Source of the DNA: Intoshia linei
Lineage: Eukaryota; Animalia; Orthonectida
Direction of reading: 5' to 3'
DNA length: 64,000 nucleotides
NCBI GenBank assembly: GCA_001642005.1
Contig: LWCA01000048.1
Location: forward strand, 3,285 to 67,284
Shown: in pieces, positions 63,696-64,000 of the stretch
How positions within the stretch are numbered: position 1 is the first letter of the stretch
Layout: every line of letters starts with the position of its first letter
Position numbers and translations under genes: made by a program
The notes under the pieces: model-generated
Told to the model about the DNA's origin: nothing
The model's database searches: none
Seen by the model: only the letters and a program-made list of their open reading frames with translations

Positions 63696-64000
63696 TATAT
63701 CGCATTTTTCTGTTTCGATTGACGTGTCACAAATTATTTATCTGCTTGTCTAATACTATTGACGAATTTTTTTAGTGTATACATGTAACAAATAATGTAG
63801 ATGTGTAAAAAATTATTATTTGATTTAACCTTAACCACTATTAACGTCTATATACACCGAAATACGCGCCTTCATGACAGCTGGTTTCTGTTTGTACGCT
63901 GTAAAAACAAACAAGCCATCCTGACTTATATAATAATTGCGTAGCATATTATATTATATTATATATATTTTATTATATTATATATTATATATATATTATT

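Noticed and set aside
1-64000. Stop-codon reassignment or prokaryotic systems
   Set aside because: In-frame stops are resolved by short GT-AG introns, conserved genes end in TAA or TGA, and no bacterial or phage genes were seen.

Overview
Very AT-rich, gene-dense animal genomic DNA with many 29-45 nt GT-AG introns, plus a few kb-sized introns filled with DNA-transposon debris. This style suggests a reduced parasite genome such as an orthonectid (inference). The ORF track misses most genes, so I assembled exons by hand. Genes in order: a CatSper-like 6TM channel (partial, -), a small orphan (-), protein 4.1/coracle (+), a Delta-type Notch ligand (+), TIMM50 (-) with a Myb/SANT-like gene nested antisense in one intron, FDX2 (+), two tandem PACRG paralogs (-), RAD54L (-), an orphan tail-anchored protein with a KASH-like end (+), PRPF18 (+), a small SUN-domain protein (-), ABCD4 (+) and a half-serpin-like gene (+). 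Repeats: a non-autonomous Helitron family, hAT and pogo MITEs, a piggyBac-like element and a solo-LTR-like insert. Best candidate for an undescribed system: a SUN protein lacking the KASH-lid, encoded about 5 kb from a KASH-like protein lacking the PPPX tail, possibly a co-reduced minimal LINC complex. All homology calls come from recognising motifs by eye; no database searches were run.
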